Source of the DNA: Candidatus Heimdallarchaeota archaeon
GTDB taxonomy: Archaea > Asgardarchaeota > Heimdallarchaeia > Heimdallarchaeales > Heimdallarchaeaceae
Length of the DNA stretch: 36,114 bases
Assembly: GCA_016839945.1 (NCBI GenBank)
Contig: JAEOTE010000065.1
Span: 1 to 36,114 of the forward strand
Direction: 5' to 3'
Of this stretch, positions 9,221-18,892 are shown piece by piece. The notes under the pieces were generated by a model. It was not told the origin of the DNA and did no database searches. It saw only the letters and a list, made by a program, of their open reading frames with translations. The number at the start of each line of letters is the position of its first letter. Within the stretch, counting starts at the first letter, position 1. A program made the translations under genes and the position numbers.

Positions 9221-10040
9221 TATTTGCCTTTTTTAATTTTCTTTGAATTATAGGTTTCATTAAGAACATTCGTGTTGCAATCTTAGCATATAATCTCTTA
9301 TTGAAATATTTAGCAACCTCTTTATACGAGTTTATAGCACTCCATACGCTTGGATATGCATAAGTTTCATTAACTATTATCTTATTAAAACCTCTTCTTT
9401 TAATGTCGTTAAGAATACTTTTGATTGGTAAAACACCTGCTCCGAAAGAATAATGAGAATCCTCTTTTTCAGTACAATCCGATAAGTGAATTTCCTCTAA
9501 TTCATCAAAAGGTAATTTATCAAGAAGTTTCATATAATCATTTGGTCCATTTCTTAAATAAGAGTGAGCAACATCAAACAACCAACCAATTAACTGATCA
9601 CCCAAATCATCCTTAAATTGTTGATAAACATCAATAAACTGTTCATCTGAGTATAACTGTATGTTTTCAACTACCAGTTTAATATCAAGTTGTTGAAGAT
9701 TTTCAACAAGAGTTTTGTGATTTCCATGAGTTTCAGCTGGGTGGAACACTGCAAGAATCATGTTCATATCTTCCCCTTTAGTGTTCAAGAGCTTAATTAT
9801 ATCTTGAATATCTTTCCCTCTTTCTGGGTATGCAAAATCAAAACCATCGATACCTTCTACAGGTAAATGAAATGTTGCTTTCATATCACCAATCGCACTA
9901 ATAATCTTATCTACATTCTTCAGTGAAACACCTTGTGGATTAATCTCACATGATTCAATACCCATTGTCTTGGCAAATTGTATAAGATGCTCACAACCTA
10001 AACCTTTGTATGCTTGAATTGTTTGACCGATTAGAACCAT
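9213..10040 (-). CDS. Xylose isomerase-like TIM-barrel protein (AP endonuclease 2 / sugar phosphate isomerase family)
   Basis: Metal-binding motifs TFHLP, VFHP, VVEN, FDVAHS, EIHLSD, DSH..FGAG, VNE. Confidence 0.8.
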   Translation of the reverse strand: MVLIGQTIQAYKGLGCEHLIQFAKTMGIESCEINPQGVSLKNVDKIISAIGDMKATFHLPVEGIDGFDFAYPERGKDIQDIIKLLNTKGEDMNMILAVFHPAETHGNHKTLVENLQQLDIKLVVENIQLYSDEQFIDVYQQFKDDLGDQLIGWLFDVAHSYLRNGPNDYMKLLDKLPFDELEEIHLSDCTEKEDSHYSFGAGVLPIKSILNDIKRRGFNKIIVNETYAYPSVWSAINSYKEVAKYFNKRLYAKIATRMFLMKPIIQRKLKKANIT

Positions 10041-10099
10041 ATTTTTTCATCCACGAACAAAATATTTAAACTATAGCATTAAATCAGTGTTTAGTTAAA

Positions 10100-10855
10100 A
10101 TGGAAGCAAGAAGAGCTATAGTTAGAGAACCTGGTTTAAGTTATAAAGAATGTATTTCGACTCATCCTTTACATCATTCCTTGAATTTAGAACTAGCTAA
10201 AGAACAGCATAGAATTTATTGTCAAACTTTAGAAGACTTGGGTTTAGAATTAATCAAATTACCTGCAAAAGATGATTATCCTGATTCTTGTTTCGTAGAA
10301 GATAATGCTATTGTTTCTGGAGATAAAGCATTTGTAACTCGAATGGCAGTAGAAAGTAGGAGAGGAGAAGAAGAAGATGTAGAAGAGGTTCTAGAGAGAT
10401 ATTTTAAAGCAAAAAAAGCAAAAGAACCAGCAACAATTGAAGGTGGGGATGTAGTGCATTTGCCTAACAAATTAATTTGTGGAATAACACAAAGAACCAA
10501 TAAAGAAGGAGTTAGACAAATGAGAGAATGGCTTGATATACAAATAGATACTATATCCAATCCTAATATTGTTCACTTGAAAAGTTACATGAAATATCTA
10601 GGAAATAAAATTATGATTACAACAGAAGAATATTCTAATCATCCTCTTGTAAAAGAACTTGAACTGCTTATTGTTCCTAAAGAAGAATACTATTCTGTGA
10701 ATTGCTTAGCAATTAGAAATAGCGTTGTTATGTCAAATAAATTCTCTTATGCAAGTAAGATCGTAAGGGAAGCAGGATTTGAAGTAATAAATTTAGAAAT
10801 GAGTGAATTTGAGAAATGCCAAGCATCTTTAACGTGCTTATCAATTCTATTCTAG
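10100..10855 (+). CDS. Dimethylarginine dimethylaminohydrolase (DDAH; amidinotransferase superfamily)
   Basis: PDSCFVED, SRRGE, IEGGDV, RTN, HLKS, C-terminal nucleophile SLTCLS. Confidence 0.9.
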   Translation: MEARRAIVREPGLSYKECISTHPLHHSLNLELAKEQHRIYCQTLEDLGLELIKLPAKDDYPDSCFVEDNAIVSGDKAFVTRMAVESRRGEEEDVEEVLERYFKAKKAKEPATIEGGDVVHLPNKLICGITQRTNKEGVRQMREWLDIQIDTISNPNIVHLKSYMKYLGNKIMITTEEYSNHPLVKELELLIVPKEEYYSVNCLAIRNSVVMSNKFSYASKIVREAGFEVINLEMSEFEKCQASLTCLSILF

Positions 10856-11030
10856 ATTCTACTTAATATTATGTTTCTTTAACCACTTTAAAAAATTCTA
10901 AAACATTTTTTACGCCGTAATGCAAACATGTATGAGTAGAAGATTATTTCTTCTTCCATTTGTACTCTTCTAATTACACTTTTATTGTCAAAATCCATAA
11001 ATTAGAGAGATGTAAGACAACTACAATTTC

Positions 11031-11060
11031 CGACAAAAATGCTTTTAGGGATTTTTGTCG
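11031..11060. promoter_or_regulatory. Perfect 10-bp inverted repeat upstream of the nuclease promoter (candidate regulator site)
   Basis: cgacaaaaat-N10-atttttgtcg, about 25 bp upstream of the TATA-like tatttaaa (11085-11092). Confidence 0.5.
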
Positions 11061-11112
11061 ATTTTAGCAACGTTTGGAGTAATATATTTAAAATAGTAAG
11101 TCTTACTTAATG

Positions 11113-11196
11113 CGTCTCTATAGAATGCTTATCTTCGTTCAAAAATAATAGCAAGCCTATTAGAATTGAAACGTCCTTGATACGATTTAAGAGACG
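11113..11196 (+). ncRNA. Candidate structured 5' leader or small RNA (long imperfect hairpin)
   Basis: Nested pairings cgtctct/agagacg, tatc/gata, cgtt/aacg, caa/ttg, taatag/ctatta; begins about 21 nt after the end of a TATA-like box. Confidence 0.4.
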
Positions 11197-11214
11197 ATCT
11201 TTAAATTTAAAGAA

Positions 11215-12891
11215 GTGAAAAGCAAAATGAAAAAAATCAATAAGCAATTGTCTATTATATGGACTTCTTTTGCTATCTTAGTACTACTATTTGGTTTTAC
11301 TCCAGTTTTTGCATACGATAATCCAGTAGTTACTATAGCAGAAATTCAAGGAGATTCATGGTATACTCCATATGCTTGGGATTATGTTGAAACATGGGGT
11401 ATTGTGACAGCAGATTACCAATGGGAAGGTAAACGTGGATTCTTCCTTCAAGACCCAATCGAAGATGGAAATCCTGCAACTTCTGAAGGGATTTTTGTTT
11501 ATGAAAGATATGATTTCGATGTCAATGTTGGAGATGAGATTAAAATCGTGGCTAGAGCTAGAGAGTATTACAGTTTAACTCAACTTGATAGAGTACAAAG
11601 TGTAGAAATACTTTCTACAGGTAATGTTCTTCCTGCACCAGTTGAACTTAATCCTCCATTTGATGACGATGAATCTGATGTTTACTACGAAAAATTAGAA
11701 GGTATGCTAGTTTCTGTTGAGAAACTAAGAGCTATATCTGGTACTAATGTCTATGGTGAATTTGCTGGTGTTGTAGCTAACTTAGGCATTCATCGTGTCT
11801 TTGAATCTGATGAAGACAAAGGTATGATAATCTTTGGCGATGAAGGCGGTGGATGTTGGGTTAATGTTAAGAGTGGTTATCTAGTTAAGAACTTGGTTGG
11901 TCCTCTTGACTATACATATGATGAATACAAAATCTTACCTTCTGCAGATAATCCCCCAACTGTATGTCCTGATTTGTTCTGGGATGACTATCTCGGATGG
12001 GGATCAATGTTTAGAGGTTTAACAGTTGCTACATACAATATGTTCAATCTCTTCGATGACTATGATCTTGAAGATGAATTAGCTAAACATGCATTAGCTA
12101 TCCATGATTACTTAAGAGAACCTGATCTTATTGCAGTGCAAGAAGTTGAGAAAATTGAATTACTTGAACAATTAGCACTTACTGCACCTATTGAAACTAA
12201 CTATGGCGCTGTCTTAATAGAAGGATACGACGCTCGAGGAATAGATATTGGTTTACTTTACAATATGGATAGAGTGGAAATCTTATCAGCTGAAATAAGA
12301 CAAACAACCACTGATCTTGATGATGGATATGGACCAGGAGATGATATGCTCTTCTCAAGACCTCCATTAGTGATCCATATGAATATTCTTTGGAAAGGAG
12401 AAGCGTATACTGATATGTGGGTGATTGTAAACCACTTTAAATCAAAGAGTGTATATGCTCCTTACTATGCTGATACAACTCCACGTCGTATCGAACAAGC
12501 TGAATGGGTTAGTGAACTGGTTGATGAAATTCAAGTAGAAGATGAAGATGCATACGTTATAGTGCTTGGAGATCTTAACGATTTCGAGTATAGTGAACCT
12601 ATACAAGTACTTACAGATGGTGGACTCATTAATCTCATGAATAAAATCCATAAGAGAACCAGATATACTTACATATATCGAGGATATTCACAAGTCTTAG
12701 ATCATATACTAATTACTCCATCTCTTGCAAAATTATTCCGTAAAATCAGGATAGTTCACTCTAGTATTGATTGGCCATTCCCATTATTTGGTGATGATAC
12801 AACAACAGGCTTGTGCAGTTCAGATCATGACATAGTTTTAGCTAGCTTTAGAATTTTTCCATATAAAATGAAGTGGAGATGGTTCTGTTAA
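11215..12891 (+). CDS. Secreted extracellular nuclease (ExeM/NucH/YhcR-like: OB-fold plus EEP domain)
   Basis: Signal peptide ending VFA; TIAEIQG, GFFLQD..DGNPATSEGIFV (OB-fold); EEP motifs ATYNMFN, AVQEVE, NHFKSK, LGDLND, LDHIL, SDHD; start may be ATG 11227. Confidence 0.9.
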   Translation: MKSKMKKINKQLSIIWTSFAILVLLFGFTPVFAYDNPVVTIAEIQGDSWYTPYAWDYVETWGIVTADYQWEGKRGFFLQDPIEDGNPATSEGIFVYERYDFDVNVGDEIKIVARAREYYSLTQLDRVQSVEILSTGNVLPAPVELNPPFDDDESDVYYEKLEGMLVSVEKLRAISGTNVYGEFAGVVANLGIHRVFESDEDKGMIIFGDEGGGCWVNVKSGYLVKNLVGPLDYTYDEYKILPSADNPPTVCPDLFWDDYLGWGSMFRGLTVATYNMFNLFDDYDLEDELAKHALAIHDYLREPDLIAVQEVEKIELLEQLALTAPIETNYGAVLIEGYDARGIDIGLLYNMDRVEILSAEIRQTTTDLDDGYGPGDDMLFSRPPLVIHMNILWKGEAYTDMWVIVNHFKSKSVYAPYYADTTPRRIEQAEWVSELVDEIQVEDEDAYVIVLGDLNDFEYSEPIQVLTDGGLINLMNKIHKRTRYTYIYRGYSQVLDHILITPSLAKLFRKIRIVHSSIDWPFPLFGDDTTTGLCSSDHDIVLASFRIFPYKMKWRWFC

Positions 12892-12901
12892 AACAGATCA
12901 T

Positions 12902-12942
12902 AAGGATAGTTCATCCTTCTCTTCTCTTCCCTTTTTTTATTT
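12902..12942 (+). terminator. Probable terminator after the nuclease gene
   Basis: Short hairpin aaggat-agttc-atcctt followed by a pyrimidine/oligo-T tract. Confidence 0.45.
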
Positions 12943-13027
12943 TGAGTAGTTATTAAAAACGTAGAACCTGAGCTAAAATCAAATACAAAAGTCTAAATAG
13001 TAAAATAGCCAAATTTATTTGAGTTAA

Positions 13028-13627
13028 ATGTTCTTCAGACGTATTATAAAATCAATAATAGGTTTTATTACATGTACTATTGTTGTTGTAATGTTAATAC
13101 TTCTTATCTGGCCAACAATAGATTTCCAAGCCCTAATTGATTTAAATACTGATATGGCAACTAACCATGGAGCTGGAGGACACTTCTGGGTCACACTTCT
13201 AATGCTGTTAGTCGTGAATATGTTTTTACCAATAAATATCCCTAACCCTATTCCTTTAACTGATGAGCTCATTTCAAACTCATTTGGAAGTGGAGGTTTG
13301 TATGCATTAGTTTTAGGTATCTGGCTAATCGGAGCGTTTGCTGGTGGATTAGCTTCAAGAGGTGGATTGAGGTCTGGAGCATGGTCAGCAATTCTGTCAT
13401 TTCTATTCTTAGATTTTATTTTTGCAGCAATGACTGCTTCAATGAATCTTTCTATAGCTGGATTACATGGTTTCACGCTTTTTATTGTTACATTCTTATT
13501 TACAATAGTTATAGGTTCTTTTATCTTTGTACCAATTATAGGGCTAGTAGGAGGCATTGTAGGGGGAATTTTAGGTAAAATGCTTTTTACTAAAGATAAA
13601 AAGAAAGATGAAACCAAAGAAGAATAA
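13028..13627 (+). CDS. Hypothetical integral membrane protein (about 5 TM, Gly-rich helices)
   Basis: Several hydrophobic segments; GxxxG-rich GLVGGIVGGILG; charged C-terminal tail. Confidence 0.75.
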   Translation: MFFRRIIKSIIGFITCTIVVVMLILLIWPTIDFQALIDLNTDMATNHGAGGHFWVTLLMLLVVNMFLPINIPNPIPLTDELISNSFGSGGLYALVLGIWLIGAFAGGLASRGGLRSGAWSAILSFLFLDFIFAAMTASMNLSIAGLHGFTLFIVTFLFTIVIGSFIFVPIIGLVGGIVGGILGKMLFTKDKKKDETKEE

Positions 13628-13707
13628 TCTTTATTTGCATTACATTCAATTCATAGTACCTTGTAATCAATGCATACAGTTTTTATACTAAAATACTAAT
13701 GCTCTAA

Positions 13708-15156
13708 ATGACAATAATAGGTGTTCAAAGCTTGAATGATTCTGTTCCTTGGGTTGAAAAATACCGTCCAGAAACCTTTGACGAATTTGTTGGTAACAGA
13801 GATGAAGTTACTCGATTAGAGAATTGGTTGAAAACATGGAACCAACAAAGAAAAAAAGTTGTTCTTTTAGCAGGACCTGCTGGTGTGGGGAAGACAAGTG
13901 TAGTTTACTACTTAATCAAGAAATATGATTATGAATTTATTGAAGTTAATGCAAGTGATAAAAGAAATAAGAAAGCTGTTGAAAACCTTGTAGGAAAATC
14001 TTCTACTGAAGGAACTGTGCTTCAAGGAGCAATAGTTCGTAAATTAGTACTAGTTGATGAAGCAGATGGTCTTTTTGGTAATCAAGATAGAGGAGGAGGG
14101 CAAGCTCTTGCAAGAGCCATAGATACAGCACGAATCCCTATAATCTGCACAGCAAACGATCCTTCTGCATCTGCCTTGAAATCAGCAAAGAGAAAGATGT
14201 TAGTAATAGAATTCAAAAGGTTAAATGAACAAGAAATTCTTTTGTTACTCCAAAATATCTTAAAGAAAGAGAAAATAAAAGTTAATGAAAAAATACTTCT
14301 TGATATTGTGAAGAATTGTGGAGGTGATGCTCGATCAGCAATAAATGATCTAGAAAGCATAGCATTTGTTAGTGATTTAACAGATATCACCTTCAGTTCA
14401 AGAAACCAACAACAGAATTTGGATGATGCTTTAATCAAAATCTTTCAAGCAAAGGATTTCAATTCAGCTAGAAGAGCAACAGACAATTTAGATGTTGAAT
14501 ACCGAGAGTTACTAATGTATGTTTTTGAACACGCATATAAACAAGCAAACAATAGTAACGAGCTTTCAAAAATGTATGAAATTATAGCGGAAGCTGATTT
14601 GTATCTTTCTTATTGTTATAAGACACAAAATTGGATTTTTCTCAAATATTTCTTTATGTTTATTTCTTCAGTTGGTTTGGTAAAAGAATCACCATTTAAG
14701 TATACTAAATTTGGATTTCCTGGATATTGGGCGTTAATGGGTCGATTAAGAGGTAAGAAAGCAAAATTAAAATCTCTTGCTTCAAAGAGTTCAAAAAAAC
14801 TTCATTGCTCAGAGAATTTTTTCGGTAAAGAGATTTTCCCCTATATTCGAATCATATTCAATACAGATCCTAAAATGGCTGCAGGTATTGCAGCGTGGTT
14901 AGAATATAGTGAAGAAGATATAGCTTACTTAACGAATGATTCAAAGAAATTAACAAATAAAATCTCACAGTTGGCAGAAGAAGCATACATACAAATGGCT
15001 GATGAATGGATAAGTGCAGCAAAAGTTAAACAAAAATCAACATTATTTGATTACACAAAACCCAAAGAAAAAGAAGTGAAAAAGAAGCAAGACTCAACGT
15101 CTAAAAAGAAATCCAAAAGCTCTCAAGCTTCTCTTGAGAAGTTTATAGAAAAATAA
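13708..15156 (+). CDS. rfcL: Replication factor C large subunit
   Basis: PWVEKYRP, Walker A GPAGVGKT, EVNASDKR, Walker B LVDEADG, GDARSAINDLE, C-terminal PIP box QASLEKF. Confidence 0.95.
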   Translation: MTIIGVQSLNDSVPWVEKYRPETFDEFVGNRDEVTRLENWLKTWNQQRKKVVLLAGPAGVGKTSVVYYLIKKYDYEFIEVNASDKRNKKAVENLVGKSSTEGTVLQGAIVRKLVLVDEADGLFGNQDRGGGQALARAIDTARIPIICTANDPSASALKSAKRKMLVIEFKRLNEQEILLLLQNILKKEKIKVNEKILLDIVKNCGGDARSAINDLESIAFVSDLTDITFSSRNQQQNLDDALIKIFQAKDFNSARRATDNLDVEYRELLMYVFEHAYKQANNSNELSKMYEIIAEADLYLSYCYKTQNWIFLKYFFMFISSVGLVKESPFKYTKFGFPGYWALMGRLRGKKAKLKSLASKSSKKLHCSENFFGKEIFPYIRIIFNTDPKMAAGIAAWLEYSEEDIAYLTNDSKKLTNKISQLAEEAYIQMADEWISAAKVKQKSTLFDYTKPKEKEVKKKQDSTSKKKSKSSQASLEKFIEK

Positions 15157-15165
15157 AAATGCTTC

Positions 15166-15498
15166 TTATTGTTCATCTTTAGTTTTAGAAATTTGTTCAC
15201 TTAGAGGAAAAATCATTCCAGAAGATAGAAGGAATTGTAACATCTTCTTGAAATTTGATACTCTATAAATGTCAGAATTTACCTTCTTTCGTACCATCCT
15301 ATTTTGTATCAAATAATCTAGGCTCTTTATTGCATCTTGTTCTTTAATTCCAGTTACTTCCATTAACTCCTCCAGACTCATCCCTTCTTCATATAAACTC
15401 AAAGAAGTTGCAATAACACCGATATTCACTCGATCTATTACATCTTTCGGTAATTCATCATCAAATTCTGATTTATCTTTATTCATCTTCATCCTCAT
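15166..15498 (-). CDS. Small winged-helix (MarR/TrmB-like) protein
   Basis: GMSLEELMEVTGI...SLDYLIQNRMVRK...YRV wHTH pattern; overlaps the upstream PRT gene by 20 nt. Confidence 0.7.
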   Translation of the reverse strand: MRMKMNKDKSEFDDELPKDVIDRVNIGVIATSLSLYEEGMSLEELMEVTGIKEQDAIKSLDYLIQNRMVRKKVNSDIYRVSNFKKMLQFLLSSGMIFPLSEQISKTKDEQ

Positions 15499-16090
15499 TT
15501 TTTATTTCTTCTTGTTTGAGAATTAGAGAGAAATATGCTTCTATTAGATGGGAAGGAATACCTATATCTTTCAGCTCTTTGCTAATCTCATTAACTGGTT
15601 TTTTATCACGTTGTTTACTATATTCAAAGGCAACAAACTCTCCATACTCCCATGGATAAACTATCCAAGATTGTGTTTCCTTAATGTAATAATCTGGTTT
15701 TATGATACTGTGTCTTTTAAAATAAAGAGTAGCAGTTCTTAGTTCCTTTGGCCCCATCTGTTTTATATGTTCTACAGCTGCTTTGAGGCTTTTTCCTGAA
15801 TCAGCAACATCATCCACTACCAACACTATTTTATCCTTCACGTTTTCTGAGATTTCTTGAGTAATAATAGGTTCTTCTGTTGCTCTTGAAGTGTTGTCAT
15901 AAAATTCTATTTTGATATTGGCGGTTCTTCTATTTCCATAAAAATCAGCTAGTAGACGAGCTGGTATCCAACCGCCTCTAGCTATCCCTACTATAACTTC
16001 TGGGTAAAATCCATCATTTGTTATTTTTTCAAATAAATAGAATGTCATATGGTAGCTTTGATCCCAAGAAACTATTTCGTAGTCAACCAT
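15479..16090 (-). CDS. Purine (xanthine/guanine/hypoxanthine) phosphoribosyltransferase
   Basis: VGIARGGWIPA, PRPP-binding VLVVDDVADSGKSL, PDYY...WIVYPWE. Confidence 0.9.
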   Translation of the reverse strand: MVDYEIVSWDQSYHMTFYLFEKITNDGFYPEVIVGIARGGWIPARLLADFYGNRRTANIKIEFYDNTSRATEEPIITQEISENVKDKIVLVVDDVADSGKSLKAAVEHIKQMGPKELRTATLYFKRHSIIKPDYYIKETQSWIVYPWEYGEFVAFEYSKQRDKKPVNEISKELKDIGIPSHLIEAYFSLILKQEEIKNEDEDE

Positions 16091-16215
16091 ATCAGTATCA
16101 CAAATGTTGTATAATATACAGTGTTAAAAAAGATTATCAAACTTGCTATCAGTAAAAACCTTTTTTAGAAAAGTTAATAACACTAAGTCAAAAATAAAAA
16201 ATTGAAATCTAATAG

Positions 16216-18459
16216 GTGAAACAAATGTCATTTATAGAACGTTTACAATTAACACCCGAGGAGAAACAAATTTATCAACTTCTCCTTGGCAGCGGACAAC
16301 TAACAGCTTCTGAAGTAGCTCAATTCAGTAACTTACATTATTCTAATGTTAAAACAGCATTGGATTCTTTAATCAATAAAGGCGCAGTGGGTGCATCTGA
16401 GGGATACATCAATAAGTTCTACGTAAAAATCCCACTTGGATATTTAGCTACTACTAGCGATAAATTGAATGAAGATATCAATCAAAACATAAGTGAGACA
16501 AAATCCTTTATTGAAAACAAAAAGAATACTTTTGAAAATCTTAGAGGATCATTAACCTCACAATTATCAGAATCTGTTGGTAGGAAAAAAGCAGAAATAG
16601 ATCAGAAGTTAAATCAAACTTCATCACAATTTCAGACTTCAGCACAGCAAAAGAAAGAAAACCTTTCGCAAAAGTCATCTGAACTAGCTTCTAAATGGTC
16701 TTCTATTAATAACAACCAAAAAACGTCCATACAATCCTCTGTAAAAGAGGTTTTAGGCTCTAATGTAGAAAACCTCAATCAAGCTAAAACCTCCATTAAT
16801 ACCATCGTAGAAAATGTAAAGCAGAAAAACATTGAATCAATTGCTAATTCTAATGCTGAAATTGAACAAAGTGTAGCTCAATCTATTGAAAAAATCCAAA
16901 CTACTGCTCAAGCTTTAGGTCCTAAAGTAGATGAGCTTCGACAATCTTTGACAACTGATTTAGAAGGAATAGTTGAAACATTCAAACAAAGCACAGATAC
17001 AACAAAATTAGATGTTCGAGCATTTAATAGAACTCAGGCAGATAAGTATCTTGGTTATTCGGAAGAAACCACAAGGAAAACAGGAGAAGCAATAGATGGA
17101 ATTTCTGAATCAGCGACAAGTTCACTATCAGAACTAAATAGTTCTCTCGAATTAGTTTTAGATAGAAAAGTAGAAGATTTATCCCTTCAAGTACAAGAAG
17201 CATTATCTGCTTTGAATGAAAAAGTAACTGGTATCAAAGAGAGTTTGAAAGAAGAATTATTACAACAAAAGAATGTAACAATTTCTAATACAATATCACA
17301 GATTAAAGAATCTATGGCTCTTAAATATACAGACCTTCAAAATAATGAACAAACTCAAAGGAACAATATGATTAGTGAAAGAGATATTTTCACACAAAAA
17401 TTGGAAGCTCATTATACTGAAACTTTGGATAATTACAATCAGAATATTAATACAATTAATGAGAATACTAAAACAAGATTAAATACTTTTGCAGAAGGTT
17501 TAGCCACTCAATTCAATGAATTATCTGCTAATACAGAAAACAACTTGAATTTACATTTACAAGCCTTCAAGGATCTATCGCAGCAACTAAATACAACTAC
17601 AGGTGAAGAATTGGCTATTGGTTCAGATAGATTGAAAGAGAAATGGACTGATTTAATAGAAAAAGCAGAAACTTTGATACAAGAAAGTGAAGCAAAAATC
17701 AATCAAAATTATCAAGAAGTAAATAATCTTATTCAAACAACTAAAGATACGATATCTGAAGAATTAGATAATTACTTGCAACAAACATTGGATTCAACAA
17801 TAGCAGTAACAAATGAAGTTCTTAATGTGTCCAAAACAGGTATTGATGAAGGAAAGGAGTTACTATCTGGAAACTTAAACAATGAAATTGATGAATCAGT
17901 AAAATACTTCGAAGATACAGGAAGGAAATTTAACGATACTGCAAACTATCTAATTAGCGCTACTATGAAGCTAAAAAATGATTTTAGAGATTTAGAAGCT
18001 ACATCAAAAGAAATTCAACTTCCACCAATCCAAACTACTTCAATAGTAGGACTTGATGCTGTTTTGGATCACATGGCAAGAATAATAGGCAGTACAAAAA
18101 GCAATGTAACTATCCTTTCGCCAAAACATGAATATATACCTCTTGAAGCTGTAAAAGGTTTACAAAGAGCTAATATTACACTGGTAACTACATTAGATGA
18201 AGAAATTAACAAAGATTGGATAGATAATGCGGCTTCTACAGCTGTAGATGTAAACGTAGAAATAAGGAAACTTAAGGGAGTAGATATACCTCAATTTATT
18301 GGAGTAGAGAGAGATCAAGAAGAGGTTTTAATAGCTGCTCAAGATGAAGCAACAGGAGAAGTAGTTGGAATTTTGAGTCAATCTACATATTTTGCAAAGC
18401 TAGCATCTTTTGTTATTATATCCCATCATGCTAAAGGTAATTCAACAAAAATCAGGTAA
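16216..18459 (+). CDS. TrmB-family wHTH protein with very long helical/coiled-coil insertion and C-terminal TrmB effector-binding (PLD-like) domain
   Basis: N-terminal LTPEEKQIYQLLL.SGQLTASEVA...ALDSLINKGAV; about 530 aa of Q/N/E/S/T/K-rich, Pro/Gly-poor helical sequence; C-terminal VGLDAVLDHMARII.STKSNVTILSP...ERDQEEVLIA; start GTG 16216 or ATG 16225. Confidence 0.8.
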   Translation: MKQMSFIERLQLTPEEKQIYQLLLGSGQLTASEVAQFSNLHYSNVKTALDSLINKGAVGASEGYINKFYVKIPLGYLATTSDKLNEDINQNISETKSFIENKKNTFENLRGSLTSQLSESVGRKKAEIDQKLNQTSSQFQTSAQQKKENLSQKSSELASKWSSINNNQKTSIQSSVKEVLGSNVENLNQAKTSINTIVENVKQKNIESIANSNAEIEQSVAQSIEKIQTTAQALGPKVDELRQSLTTDLEGIVETFKQSTDTTKLDVRAFNRTQADKYLGYSEETTRKTGEAIDGISESATSSLSELNSSLELVLDRKVEDLSLQVQEALSALNEKVTGIKESLKEELLQQKNVTISNTISQIKESMALKYTDLQNNEQTQRNNMISERDIFTQKLEAHYTETLDNYNQNINTINENTKTRLNTFAEGLATQFNELSANTENNLNLHLQAFKDLSQQLNTTTGEELAIGSDRLKEKWTDLIEKAETLIQESEAKINQNYQEVNNLIQTTKDTISEELDNYLQQTLDSTIAVTNEVLNVSKTGIDEGKELLSGNLNNEIDESVKYFEDTGRKFNDTANYLISATMKLKNDFRDLEATSKEIQLPPIQTTSIVGLDAVLDHMARIIGSTKSNVTILSPKHEYIPLEAVKGLQRANITLVTTLDEEINKDWIDNAASTAVDVNVEIRKLKGVDIPQFIGVERDQEEVLIAAQDEATGEVVGILSQSTYFAKLASFVIISHHAKGNSTKIR

Positions 18460-18586
18460 TCTCAATAATTATCTTTAGTTCTTTTTTTTCTTATAACTAA
18501 AATCATATATGATAAACATAGTTGTTGAGAAGACTTTAAAAAGAGATGTTCTCGGTAAACGTAAAAAATACAAGGTGTATAGAAAA

Positions 18587-18760
18587 ATGCCAACTGTTAT
18601 AGATGCTGATTGTTGTATTGCTTGTGGAGCTTGTGTTGACATTTGTCCTGAAAATGTATATGATCTGGGTGATGTTGCAATTGTTGCAAGAAAAGAAGAC
18701 TGTACAGATTGTGGTCTTTGCATAGACGAATGTCCAAATGAATGTATTGATTTCGAATAA
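18587..18760 (+). CDS. 2[4Fe-4S] ferredoxin
   Basis: CIACGACVDICP and CTDCGLCIDECP; start reassigned to ATG 18587 (MPTVID), which has SD-like AAGGTG upstream. Confidence 0.93.
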   Translation: MPTVIDADCCIACGACVDICPENVYDLGDVAIVARKEDCTDCGLCIDECPNECIDFE

Positions 18761-18892
18761 TACTTTCATTTATTTTTCTTCTTTTTCTCAGTTTCTTTCC
18801 CTCAGTTAATATTTTCAATATATTTTCAGAAATTAAGTAGTCTTTCGGAAGTAACCTACATGTTTATTTACTGAATTTTTATTTTAGAGATA

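Noticed and set aside
13024-13617. 197-aa minus-strand ORF
   Set aside because: Fully antisense to a more plausible membrane-protein gene
16216-18459. SMC or chemoreceptor annotation for the long helical protein
   Set aside because: No Walker A/B, signature or hinge motifs, and no MCP hairpin motif
18509-18586. Basic N-terminal extension on the ferredoxin
   Set aside because: The SD-like motif points to ATG 18587, which gives a typical 57-aa ferredoxin
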